A DNA stretch of 64,000 nt from Bacteroidales bacterium (GTDB lineage Bacteria; Bacteroidota; Bacteroidia; Bacteroidales; UBA1715): the NCBI GenBank assembly GCA_017516865.1, contig JAFXAU010000026.1, positions 5,220 through 69,219 on the forward strand, read 5' to 3'. The notes under the pieces are model-generated. The model worked only from the letters and a program-made list of their open reading frames with translations. It searched no databases and was not told where the DNA came from. The translations under genes were made by a program, and so were the position numbers. Shown in pieces: positions 46,153 to 55,143 of this stretch; the stretch's first letter is position 1, and each line of letters begins with the position of its first letter.

Positions 46153-47184
46153 ATGAAAAAAATTCTTTTATCCTTGATGGCATTGGTTGGCACGATTGCA
46201 GCTATTGCACAGATTTCCGACGGTGTGTCGGCAACGCTCCAAAATGGTGAAACAACTTCAGTGTTTTATGGCTATGATTCCTTCAAAGATGCAGTGGCAA
46301 CCGCTCCTAACGAAGGTGGTGTTATCACGCTCTCTCCCGGTGCATTTAGTAATCCCGGAGCCATCACAAAAAGTATGAAAATCTATGGTGCCGGATTTGA
46401 AAAAGATGCGTCCAATAACATTAGCGAGACGCGCGTTAATGGCGACCTGACCATTACAAGTACGGATGAATTCTCCCCTATTGTACGTATAGAGGGAATT
46501 TACTATACAGGGCAAGCAGTAATTAACGGAACGCAACTTGTAGCTAATACGGAAATAATTAAATGTAGTTTTGGTTATTTTTATAACCGAGTGGAAACAA
46601 ATAATATCATTATCCGTCAATGCTATATTCGCAATTGGGTTGATGGACAAAGCAAGAAAACAACTTCCTTTGTTGTTGCCAATTGTTGGCTTCGTGGCAT
46701 AGAAAAATTTGCGGCAGGTAGTCAGGTAAGTATTGACCATAGTATTATAGTTGATGATTATTACAGCCAGGGACCATATTATTATACTAATAATATTATT
46801 AATCCATCTCATGGATATCGTTTTTCTGCGGGTGCTACATGCTATAACAACGTGTGTAGCAACAATAAACTTGATGTTGGAGGAAACAATGTCTGTGAAG
46901 GAAATTATGACCAATCTCTTTGGACTGATTGTAAAACCTTATTCGCTGATGGACAGGATAATTGGGACTACGCTACAGAGGACGGGACACCTCGTACTTG
47001 GGAACTCGCAAATCCTGAAACATACGTAGGAACTGACGGAACACCATGTGGCGTTACTGGCGGCAATTTCCCGTGGAACCCGATACCTTCCACCCCACGT
47101 ATTATCAGCACGTCGGTTGACTCGAAGAGCGAACCGGGCAAACTGAAAGTGTCTATCAAAGCTGAAGCAAGACCATTGGAGTAA
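46153..47184 (+). CDS. secreted hypothetical protein
   Basis: Signal peptide MKKILLSLMALVGTIAAIAQ. Asn/Gly-rich and possibly beta-helical. No T9SS tail. Confidence 0.55.
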   Translation: MKKILLSLMALVGTIAAIAQISDGVSATLQNGETTSVFYGYDSFKDAVATAPNEGGVITLSPGAFSNPGAITKSMKIYGAGFEKDASNNISETRVNGDLTITSTDEFSPIVRIEGIYYTGQAVINGTQLVANTEIIKCSFGYFYNRVETNNIIIRQCYIRNWVDGQSKKTTSFVVANCWLRGIEKFAAGSQVSIDHSIIVDDYYSQGPYYYTNNIINPSHGYRFSAGATCYNNVCSNNKLDVGGNNVCEGNYDQSLWTDCKTLFADGQDNWDYATEDGTPRTWELANPETYVGTDGTPCGVTGGNFPWNPIPSTPRIISTSVDSKSEPGKLKVSIKAEARPLE

Positions 47185-47205
47185 TTTCTCCCAAAGAGAC
47201 CGACT

Positions 47206-49563
47206 ATGAACAGAACGAAACATATAGTACTGTCCATATTGACATTGCTCTGTTGCTTGACGACAACGGCACAAGTTTCCGTTACGACGTGCGAATATTG
47301 GTTTGACCAACAATTTGACAGTCGTACTACGGCAGAAATGACAAGTTCCACTTGGAGCGAAGAACTTGACGTGGCAACGTTGTCCCCTGGTCTGCACAAT
47401 GTGGCATTTCGCGTGCTTGCGGTTGACGATACTAAAACGCTCTACAGCCCTGTCGTGACGAAATTCTTTATGCTTTTTGAAACAACACCGAGTGGCGAGA
47501 ATTCTTTACAAACCTATGAATATTGGATTGACCAAAAATTCGGCGAACGTGTAAGTGGCACAATGGACGCAAGCGGCATTGTCAATCTCGACATTGACGT
47601 TGCCTCGCTTAATCCTGGTCTTCACAACATTGCCATGCGTGTGATAGACGCCGTTGGCAAGGTTAGTCCCGTGATGGTGAAGAATTTTATGCTGTTTGAA
47701 ACGACGCAGAGTGGCGAGAATTCTCTCCAAACCTACGAATATTGGATTGACCAAAAATTCGACGAACGTGTAAGTGGCACAATGGACGCAAGTGGCATTG
47801 TCAATCTCGACATCGACGTTGCCTCGCTCAATCCGGGGCTTCACAACATCGCCATGCGTGTGATAGACGCCGTTGGCAAGGTTAGTCCCGTAATGGTGAA
47901 GAATTTTATGTTGTTTGAAACGACGCAGAGTGGCGAGAATTCTTTACAAACCTATGAATATTGGATTGACCAAAAATTCGGCGAACGTGTAAGTGGCACA
48001 ATGGACGCAAGCGGCATTGTCAATCTCGACATTGACGTTGCCTCGCTCAATCCGGGGTTTCACAACATCGCCATGCGTGTGATAGATGCCGTTGGCAAGG
48101 TTAGTCCCGTGATGGTGAAGAATTTTATGTTGTTTGAAACGACGCAGAGTGGCGAAAATTCATTGTTGACTTACGAATACTGGCTTGACAGCAATTTTGA
48201 CGAGCGGGAGACTGCGATTATACCTGAAGATGGCACGGTGATGCTTGACATTGATATTTCAACGCTTAACTATGGTCTGCATACATTTAATTATCGTACC
48301 ATTGACAAAGCGGGACACACATCCGCCGTTGTATTCAAGTCGTTTATGGTGACGAAAATCGAGGGACCCTCAAAACTTGTCGGTGTGGATTATTGGTTTA
48401 ACGACGAGCCACGTACCCGAATTGTCATAGATCCTGCCCAACAAAGCATTGATTTGGATGACATTGTCATTCCTTTGGAAAACGTCAAACCACGAAGTAT
48501 TGATGCGGAATATGTTTTCGACGTGGAAACGATGACAGTGACCACGAAGGAAACGATAACAGTTGGTATTCAAGTGTTTAACAACGATGAAATTGGTTCT
48601 GAAGCCATAGTTGACACGTTGGAAGATATGAGTCTTACCGTAGAGCCAGTGTTTGTGGAACTTGGCAACGAGAAAACAGAAACAATAAGTGCGCCACAAG
48701 GTGGTCAGGTTCAAGGATTTAGTTATACAGGATTTGCGGAGGATTCACTCCATTGGGAAATTACAGGAACCGATGCTCAGTTTGACTTCTTTGATGCCGA
48801 TGGCAATCGCATTGCGCCGGAGACGAAGACGATAAACGAGAAAGATGTGTTTGTAATGACAATGCCGACCCCCACGGTTTATATACTTTCGTACGGAGCA
48901 ACGGAAACGGGCGACTTTACCATAAAGGTTGCTCAACCTATTGAACTTATTGTAAACGATGTTTCGCGTCAGTACGGCGACGAAAATCCTGAATTTACCT
49001 ATAATAGAGTTGGTGCCGATGTTTTGGGCGAAGTTGCGTTTGTCACGGATGCCGATATTTCCTCACCAGTAGGCGAATACGATGTGGAGCTAAATCTTGA
49101 TGGTGTGGAAAATTCGTATGTGACGGTGAGAAATGGAACGCTGACCATTACGAAAAGTCCGCTGACGGTGAACGTGGATAATGCCACGATTACTGAGGGC
49201 GACGAACTGCCGACGTTTGCGGTGTCGTTCGATGGTTTCAAGAATGGCGAGGACGAAAACGTGCTGACAACAATTCCTACTGTAACGACCGAAGCAACGA
49301 ATGCGTCTTCCGCTGGCGAATATGACTTGGTGATTAGTGGTGGCGAAGCGGAAAATTATGATTTCACGTATTCCAACGGGAAACTCATAATTCAGTCAAA
49401 AACAGGAATCCCAATTCTTTCAATGCTTCAAATTGACAAACCGACAAACGTATATACCATAACAGGAGCTTTGATACGCCAAAATGCCACATCACTTGAC
49501 GGCCTTCCTTATGGCATTTATATTGTCAATGGAAAGAAAGTGTTGCATGTAAAGAAGGAATAA
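47206..49563 (+). CDS. repeat-rich surface protein with MBG-like domains and T9SS C-terminal sorting domain
   Basis: Signal peptide and five or more ~73-aa YEYWxDxxF modules. YGDENPEFTY / ITEGDELPTF MBG-like units. Tail YTITGALIRQNATSLDGLPYGIYIVNGKKVLHVKKE. Confidence 0.8.
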   Translation: MNRTKHIVLSILTLLCCLTTTAQVSVTTCEYWFDQQFDSRTTAEMTSSTWSEELDVATLSPGLHNVAFRVLAVDDTKTLYSPVVTKFFMLFETTPSGENSLQTYEYWIDQKFGERVSGTMDASGIVNLDIDVASLNPGLHNIAMRVIDAVGKVSPVMVKNFMLFETTQSGENSLQTYEYWIDQKFDERVSGTMDASGIVNLDIDVASLNPGLHNIAMRVIDAVGKVSPVMVKNFMLFETTQSGENSLQTYEYWIDQKFGERVSGTMDASGIVNLDIDVASLNPGFHNIAMRVIDAVGKVSPVMVKNFMLFETTQSGENSLLTYEYWLDSNFDERETAIIPEDGTVMLDIDISTLNYGLHTFNYRTIDKAGHTSAVVFKSFMVTKIEGPSKLVGVDYWFNDEPRTRIVIDPAQQSIDLDDIVIPLENVKPRSIDAEYVFDVETMTVTTKETITVGIQVFNNDEIGSEAIVDTLEDMSLTVEPVFVELGNEKTETISAPQGGQVQGFSYTGFAEDSLHWEITGTDAQFDFFDADGNRIAPETKTINEKDVFVMTMPTPTVYILSYGATETGDFTIKVAQPIELIVNDVSRQYGDENPEFTYNRVGADVLGEVAFVTDADISSPVGEYDVELNLDGVENSYVTVRNGTLTITKSPLTVNVDNATITEGDELPTFAVSFDGFKNGEDENVLTTIPTVTTEATNASSAGEYDLVISGGEAENYDFTYSNGKLIIQSKTGIPILSMLQIDKPTNVYTITGALIRQNATSLDGLPYGIYIVNGKKVLHVKKE
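47470..48126 (+). repeat. 3 x 219-nt near-identical in-frame tandem repeat
   Basis: Unit starts at 47470, 47689 and 47908 (and 48127 for a diverged copy). Period is exactly 219 nt = 73 codons. Confidence 0.9.
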
Positions 49564-49586
49564 CTTATTTCTATGAATACAAATTC

Positions 49587-50360
49587 ATGGCCTTAACAAA
49601 CATAGAAAAGCATTACAACAAGCACAACGAAGACCTTCGCTTGTGCCGACGGCACGGCATTGTGGAGTTCGAAACCACTATGTACCATCTGCATCGGTTC
49701 TTGCAGCAGGGGCAGACAATCCTCGACGTTGGAGCTGGCTCTGGACGGTATTGTTCGGCACTGATAGCCGAGGGTTATCGGGTGAAAGCCGTGGAACTCG
49801 TCCGCCGCAATATTGAAATGTTTCTCAAACGTGAACCAACGGCCGATGTGATTCAGGGCGATGCCAGAAATATGTCGTCTATAGCGACGGACTTTGCCGA
49901 TGTTACGCTTCTGCTCGGACCGCTGTACCATCTTATAGGCGACGGCGAGAAACTAAAGGCACTGAACGAGGCAAAACGCGTGACCAAGTCGGGAGGACTG
50001 ATTTTTGTGGCGTATCTGATGAATGAATACAGCATTCTTTCGTATTGCTTCGACGAGGAAAGAATCGAGGGACTTTTGGCGCAAGGAGCCGTGGATAAGG
50101 ATTTTCACGTGAGAGTTCAGGAGGGGGAATTGTACGACTACGTGCGTCTGGAAGACATAAACCGTCTTAACGAGAAAGCTGGTTTGGAGCGTGTCACTAT
50201 CTTTTCTCCCGAAGGAGCCGCCGACTATATGCGTACCCGCATCAATCACATGAGCGACCAGACATTTGCCCGTTTCATCGAATACCAAAAATGCGTGTCG
50301 GAACGGCAGGAACTCATTGGGGCAGGCAGCCACGTGGTAGATGTGGTGCGTTGTTCGTAA
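49587..50360 (+). CDS. class I SAM-dependent methyltransferase
   Basis: Motif I ILDVGAGSGRY; 257 aa. Confidence 0.75.
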   Translation: MALTNIEKHYNKHNEDLRLCRRHGIVEFETTMYHLHRFLQQGQTILDVGAGSGRYCSALIAEGYRVKAVELVRRNIEMFLKREPTADVIQGDARNMSSIATDFADVTLLLGPLYHLIGDGEKLKALNEAKRVTKSGGLIFVAYLMNEYSILSYCFDEERIEGLLAQGAVDKDFHVRVQEGELYDYVRLEDINRLNEKAGLERVTIFSPEGAADYMRTRINHMSDQTFARFIEYQKCVSERQELIGAGSHVVDVVRCS

Positions 50361-50375
50361 GTCGTATTTGGCGTT

Positions 50376-51665
50376 TTACAGAAATTCAAGCAGGCGTTTT
50401 ACAATTTTTTCCGAAGCTCCTTTGCTTGCGTAGAGAAAATCATGGTTTTTCTGTCCCGATTCTTTTCTAAATTGTTCGTTATCAACTAATTTCGAAAGAA
50501 TTTCGTAACATTCCTTTTCGTTAGAAATTGGAAAACCGCCGGCAATTTTTTTCAACTGCATTGCCTCAAAAGAATTGACATGTTTTGGGCCATAAATCAC
50601 AGGATTTCCAAATGCCGAAGGTTCCGCAACATTATGGACACCTGTCGAGAATGCGCCGCCGACGTAGGCTATATCCGTATTTTTATACAATTTTGCAAGC
50701 ATTCCAATTGTGTTGACTATTGCAACACGGCAAGCCGTTTTTCCACTTTGCGTATTCACAAAATCTGTATAGCGTTGCGTTTCAATTCCTTCTTGACGAA
50801 AAGTCTGCTCTATTGCCTGAATATGTGTTTCGTGTAATTCGTGAGGAACCAAAATCAGTTGTAGATTGTCGTGTTCTTTGAAAACGCGGAGCAATGCAGG
50901 AAACAAATGTTTTTCGTCTGCCGGCCACAAACTGCCACCAATAAATGTTATCGGCAATGGATTTTCAAACAATTCAACATCAGGTTGTAGCATAACCGCC
51001 TCAGCCTTTGCTATAATTTGATCGTAACGGGCATCACCCACAACTTCCAATCTGTTTTCGAATGGAAAAATATTCAAAAATCGTTGTTTATAGTCCTCCG
51101 AAACAGGAAGGATGTATTGTATATATTTATAGAATAATCTGTTAATCACAGCATTAAGCCCTTTATACCGTGCCGAATCTTCTGCCAGTTCTGCAGAGCA
51201 AAGCAGTACGGGAACCTTTGACCAGTGTGCCGCCATAAGTATTCCTGGCCACACGTCGTATTTAGCTATCACCCATGCTTTTGGTTTTAATCGTTTGAAA
51301 AACAAATAGTTAGTAACACATACATCGAATGGCAAATAAATTGACAAATCAACGTCTTCCTTTCGTCCGTGATTCATGCCCGACGGAGAAAAAAACGACG
51401 CAACAATCTTTAAATCGGGATGTGTTTTCTTCAGAGCTTTAATTATCTGTATGGATTGCTCCCATTCTCCAACCGATGCACTATGGAAAAATACAATTTT
51501 CTGTCCAGCATTTTCTTTGGCAAATTTACGGATTCGTTTGGGTTGTGTGATTCGTCCTATCAATCCCTCGCGCATCTTGGCATTGAATAATGCACCGATA
51601 CAAAATACAGGTATCACCAAACAAACATAGATAAGAGTATAGAAACACAAAAAGACGTATACCAT
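50376..51665 (-). CDS. waaA: 3-deoxy-D-manno-octulosonic acid (Kdo) transferase
   Basis: FFHSASVGEWEQ (KdtA hasSvGE motif) and a GT30-like C-terminal half. The MVYVFLC start at 51665 is preferred. Confidence 0.8.
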   Translation of the reverse strand: MVYVFLCFYTLIYVCLVIPVFCIGALFNAKMREGLIGRITQPKRIRKFAKENAGQKIVFFHSASVGEWEQSIQIIKALKKTHPDLKIVASFFSPSGMNHGRKEDVDLSIYLPFDVCVTNYLFFKRLKPKAWVIAKYDVWPGILMAAHWSKVPVLLCSAELAEDSARYKGLNAVINRLFYKYIQYILPVSEDYKQRFLNIFPFENRLEVVGDARYDQIIAKAEAVMLQPDVELFENPLPITFIGGSLWPADEKHLFPALLRVFKEHDNLQLILVPHELHETHIQAIEQTFRQEGIETQRYTDFVNTQSGKTACRVAIVNTIGMLAKLYKNTDIAYVGGAFSTGVHNVAEPSAFGNPVIYGPKHVNSFEAMQLKKIAGGFPISNEKECYEILSKLVDNEQFRKESGQKNHDFLYASKGASEKIVKRLLEFL

Positions 51666-51853
51666 GTCAGCAAAATTTTCTATGCAAAAGTAGTGAGTTT
51701 TCTTTGATTGGCATAGAGAAACAAGCAAGTTTGTGAAAACATTCCAAGCCGACTGTCGGTCGAATTTCGTCTTTTTTTCAAAAAAATGATACTATAATTT
51801 GCGAGTAATAAAAAAATAAGTACTTTTGCATCGTCTTTTAAAGGAAGATGGAT

Positions 51854-51927
51854 TGATTCAGTAGCTCAGCAGGTAGAGCACATCCCTTTTAAGGATGGGG
51901 TCATGGGTTCGAGCCCCATCTGGATCA
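51854..51927 (+). tRNA. tRNA-Lys (anticodon UUU)
   Basis: Cloverleaf folded by hand: acceptor GATTCAG/CTGGATC, D arm GCTC-AGCAGGTA-GAGC, anticodon arm CATCC-CTTTTAA-GGATG, T arm ATGGG-TTCGAGC-CCCAT. TActTTTG box at 51821-51828. Confidence 0.9.
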
Positions 51928-51930
51928 CGA

Positions 51931-51960
51931 GAGGAGGACGAAAGTCTTCCTCTTTTTTTT
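51931..51960. terminator. terminator hairpin after tRNA-Lys (convergent with the miaA end)
   Basis: GAGGAGGAC-GAAA-GTCTTCCTC followed by T8. Confidence 0.75.
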
Positions 51961-52861
51961 ATTTAATGCACTGCTCTATATATGCGATTATTCCCGTTGT
52001 CTCCATTGGCGAAAACCATCTGTAATCGTTACTCCGCTTAATCCATGTGATTTGTTTTTTGGCGTATTTCCTTGTGTTTTGTTTTATCTTTTCGATTGCT
52101 TCTTCGCGAGTACATTTCCCATCAAAATAATCGAAAAACTCTCTGTAACCGACGGTTTTGAGAGCCGTGCAGTCTTTATACTTTGTTAGGGAACGGACTT
52201 CTGCCTCCAGTCCTTCTTCAATCATGACATCAACACGTTTATTGATTCTTGAATAGAGTTCTTCGCGAGGAAGATTCAACGCAATTTTTATAATAGAAAA
52301 TGGTCTATCTGCTTTTTGTTCCTTTCTCTGCTGGGAATATGGTTTTCCTGTCTGTATGCAAATCTCAATTGCTCGTTTCAATCTAGCAGGATTTGACAAG
52401 TCTACAATTTCGTAATATTCAGGATCTAAATGTTTTAACGTCTGGCGAAGGTGTTCAATTCCATTTTCTTCGAACTGACGATTGATGTTTTCCCGCAATT
52501 CTGCATCAATATCAGGAATTTCGTCAATGCCGTTGCATACAGCGTCAATGTAGAGTCCCGAGCCGCCGGCAAGAACGACTACATCGTGATTTACAAATAA
52601 CTTCTCGGCAATTCCTAATGCTTCGTGTTCAAATTTCCACGCATTGTAGTATTCGGTAACGTGGTGATTTCCAACCAGATGATGTGTAACCGCAGACAAT
52701 TCTTCGTCAGACGGATAAGCTGTCCCTATCCGTGGTTCTGTATAAATTTGCCGCGAGTCGGCCGAAATAATTTCCGTTTTGAAATGTTGGGCGACGCGTA
52801 TAGCCGTTTGGGTTTTACCAACGGCTGTCGGACCAGCAATTACGACGAGTGTTTTCATCAA
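51959..52861 (-). CDS. miaA: tRNA dimethylallyltransferase MiaA
   Basis: P-loop VVIAGPTAVGKT; 300 aa. Confidence 0.9.
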   Translation of the reverse strand: MMKTLVVIAGPTAVGKTQTAIRVAQHFKTEIISADSRQIYTEPRIGTAYPSDEELSAVTHHLVGNHHVTEYYNAWKFEHEALGIAEKLFVNHDVVVLAGGSGLYIDAVCNGIDEIPDIDAELRENINRQFEENGIEHLRQTLKHLDPEYYEIVDLSNPARLKRAIEICIQTGKPYSQQRKEQKADRPFSIIKIALNLPREELYSRINKRVDVMIEEGLEAEVRSLTKYKDCTALKTVGYREFFDYFDGKCTREEAIEKIKQNTRKYAKKQITWIKRSNDYRWFSPMETTGIIAYIEQCIK

Positions 52862-53418
52862 TAATCGTAGTCGTTTCCGCCACCGAAGTCATCGTAACCA
52901 CTGCCAAATTCGTCTCCAAAGCCAAGCTCGTCACGGTCTTCGTTGCTGAAAAGGTCATCGTCGTCCAAACCGGTTTCGTTGAACATTTCGCTAAAATCTT
53001 CCGAAGAATCGTCCATTGTTTGCAACGGCGGATTTCCCGTGGAATGCGAACAGAGCGGATATTTTTTCTTCGGATCCTTGTCCATTATGTCTATCAACGT
53101 ACAGAATAAAGCACGGTCGCCAAAAAAGTCAAATTGATAAATCACTTTGTCCTCTTTGTTTTCCAAAAAATCTTTCAATTTAGCCTTCTGCATGGGGATT
53201 GTTCCAGTGTCTTCTTCTCCCATGTCGAACAACGTAATCTCTTGTTCTTTGTCCCATTCGTCGTTAGAAACAAAGAACGAACTCATTTCCGAATCTTTAA
53301 AATCGCAGGCTTTGATGATAGCCTTGTGAAAACTAAGAAACGTATCGTCTTCCGAAATTTCGATTATTCTATTGAAAAGTTCGTTTTCGTCGCTTATGAT
53401 TCTGAATTTGTATATCAT
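52858..53418 (-). CDS. pRiA4b ORF-3-like family protein with acidic C-terminus
   Basis: IYKFRIISDENELFNRIIEISEDDTFLSFHKAI and YQFDFFGD resemble the PRiA4_ORF3 fold family. Low-complexity D/G/F tail. Confidence 0.5.
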   Translation of the reverse strand: MIYKFRIISDENELFNRIIEISEDDTFLSFHKAIIKACDFKDSEMSSFFVSNDEWDKEQEITLFDMGEEDTGTIPMQKAKLKDFLENKEDKVIYQFDFFGDRALFCTLIDIMDKDPKKKYPLCSHSTGNPPLQTMDDSSEDFSEMFNETGLDDDDLFSNEDRDELGFGDEFGSGYDDFGGGNDYDY

Positions 53419-54455
53419 ATTGTTAAATGTGTTAAAAAGTTAAGTGTCTCCGTTAATTCATTCTTTTGAATTTCCGTTGCCATTCCGAATGGGATTGCAT
53501 CGGGCAAAAGAGCTGTTTTGTTACTGATAATATTTTTGATTTTATTCCTGTTTTCTTGTACTATTTTTTGAACTTGTGAAATATCGGAATATTTTTCATA
53601 AAATACAACAGCTACGGGAGATTTCAGTTCAGAATCGTTTTTTAAAATGAGAAAACCGTTGTCAAGGTGCTCTAGTCGCGAGATAAGGTAAATCGACTTG
53701 TTGTATTCGTAATTGTTCATGTACTTGAAGTGCATTGAAACGGTGTTGAACGGTTCCACGGCTTCGAAAATCCGTGTAATTTCAAAATCTTCGGGGACAA
53801 AAATTTTCGAGACATTTTTTGTACTGAGACCATAGAAATTAAAAATGTCTTTTCCCAGTTTAGAAAGTTTTTCTGCATTTTCGGTTCCGTCCAATACGGC
53901 TATCGAAGTTTTTTCGTCTCTCAGTAAATTCGGACGTTTTGTTGCATAACGGGCAAACAGTTCATTGGTGTTTTCTGCAATAATAGCATCGAACGGGTGC
54001 AGTATCGCATCGTCTATTTCAATGTAGTCCGCAAATTCAGGTTCGATTTCTTTCAATTTTTTTAGGACAAACCATGTGACGAAATCTTTTTCCGTCGGAC
54101 GGACAATGGCATGATTTCCAGTGAGTAAGATACAAACAATATCGGAGAAGCATTCCAACGGAATTCTGTCTGTCAACACAGCGGCAATACGTTTATCCGT
54201 ATTTTCGGGACAAGGAAAATTTTGTACGGCAGCCGACAGGTTTTCTTTTGTCAGCAGTTGCGAATGATTCAAAAAAGCCAATTTGATGTTATCCGTCGAG
54301 TACCATGGATTTTTGAATTTTGCCCGATTGAAAAGTTGTAACAAATCAATTTCGGCATCTGTATCGCTTTGTTGCGAGGCAGTGTAAAGATACTGCCCTA
54401 ACGATACAAATGCCGAAATCCGTTGTTGTAGATTCATAAAATTAACGTTCGTCAA
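53415..54455 (-). CDS. acyl-CoA reductase (LuxC-like) family protein
   Basis: 346 aa. The N-terminal LQQRISAFVSLGQYL pattern is recalled from Bacteroidota LuxC-like proteins located near lolA/ftsK. Confidence 0.5.
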   Translation of the reverse strand: MTNVNFMNLQQRISAFVSLGQYLYTASQQSDTDAEIDLLQLFNRAKFKNPWYSTDNIKLAFLNHSQLLTKENLSAAVQNFPCPENTDKRIAAVLTDRIPLECFSDIVCILLTGNHAIVRPTEKDFVTWFVLKKLKEIEPEFADYIEIDDAILHPFDAIIAENTNELFARYATKRPNLLRDEKTSIAVLDGTENAEKLSKLGKDIFNFYGLSTKNVSKIFVPEDFEITRIFEAVEPFNTVSMHFKYMNNYEYNKSIYLISRLEHLDNGFLILKNDSELKSPVAVVFYEKYSDISQVQKIVQENRNKIKNIISNKTALLPDAIPFGMATEIQKNELTETLNFLTHLTI

Positions 54456-55089
54456 TTACCTTTACGCCAGGATTTTTTGCCTTATCGAACACAAACGAAG
54501 CGTCGGGAATTTGTTCGTTAACTTTGAATGTATTGACGGTGATTGTGTACTTGTTTCCGTCTTTTGCGAAATATTCTGCTTTCCAAAGTTGAGATTTATC
54601 CTTGTCAATTGAAAGACGGACTTTAGAATATTCACTTTTCTCTACGTTTTCTGGATACAAATCAATTACGTAGATTGCACGACTGCCTTCGAAACGGTCT
54701 TGAATGAATTTATATTTGAATCCCTTTTCGTACATAGTTAATACGGTTGAAGGATTCAACATTCCTGAATCGTCGTTGTCGGCTTTAGAAACAACAACTT
54801 CTTTCTCTTCGACCATGTGTGTCCAAAGAGTCATGCCGTCGCAGTAGAGAACATTGTCGAGAATGGAAAGTTTGTATTTTTTCCCTTTCATTAACATTGT
54901 TCCAGTAGTCTTGTCGTTTGCACCGTCGGGAGACGTGTGAACGAGGGAATACGTAAGATTGATTGTGCTATAACTTTTTGTTTTTTGAGAAACCTTGTCA
55001 AGAATTTCTTTTGCATTCTTTGTGTTTTGTCCGAATACAACTGCTGTGCAGATTGTAAGCATTGATAGTACCGAAATTATTTTTTTCAT
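54442..55089 (-). CDS. lolA: outer-membrane lipoprotein carrier protein LolA
   Basis: Signal peptide; 215 aa. LolA-like beta-trough pattern, downstream of ftsK as commonly seen in Bacteroidota. Confidence 0.75.
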   Translation of the reverse strand: MKKIISVLSMLTICTAVVFGQNTKNAKEILDKVSQKTKSYSTINLTYSLVHTSPDGANDKTTGTMLMKGKKYKLSILDNVLYCDGMTLWTHMVEEKEVVVSKADNDDSGMLNPSTVLTMYEKGFKYKFIQDRFEGSRAIYVIDLYPENVEKSEYSKVRLSIDKDKSQLWKAEYFAKDGNKYTITVNTFKVNEQIPDASFVFDKAKNPGVKVIDER

Positions 55090-55143
55090 ACTTGTAAAAT
55101 TTTATAATGACAAATGTCGGTTATCCAATAATTGTTCCAAAAT

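Noticed and set aside
47470-48126. Tandem repeats considered as a possible CRISPR-like or satellite array
   Set aside because: The 219-nt units are contiguous with no spacers. They are in frame and part of a continuous 785-aa ORF.
51854-51927. tRNA-Lys as an integration site of a genomic island
   Set aside because: There is no integrase nearby and no direct repeat of the tRNA 3' end within the window. The flanking genes (waaA, miaA) are core.
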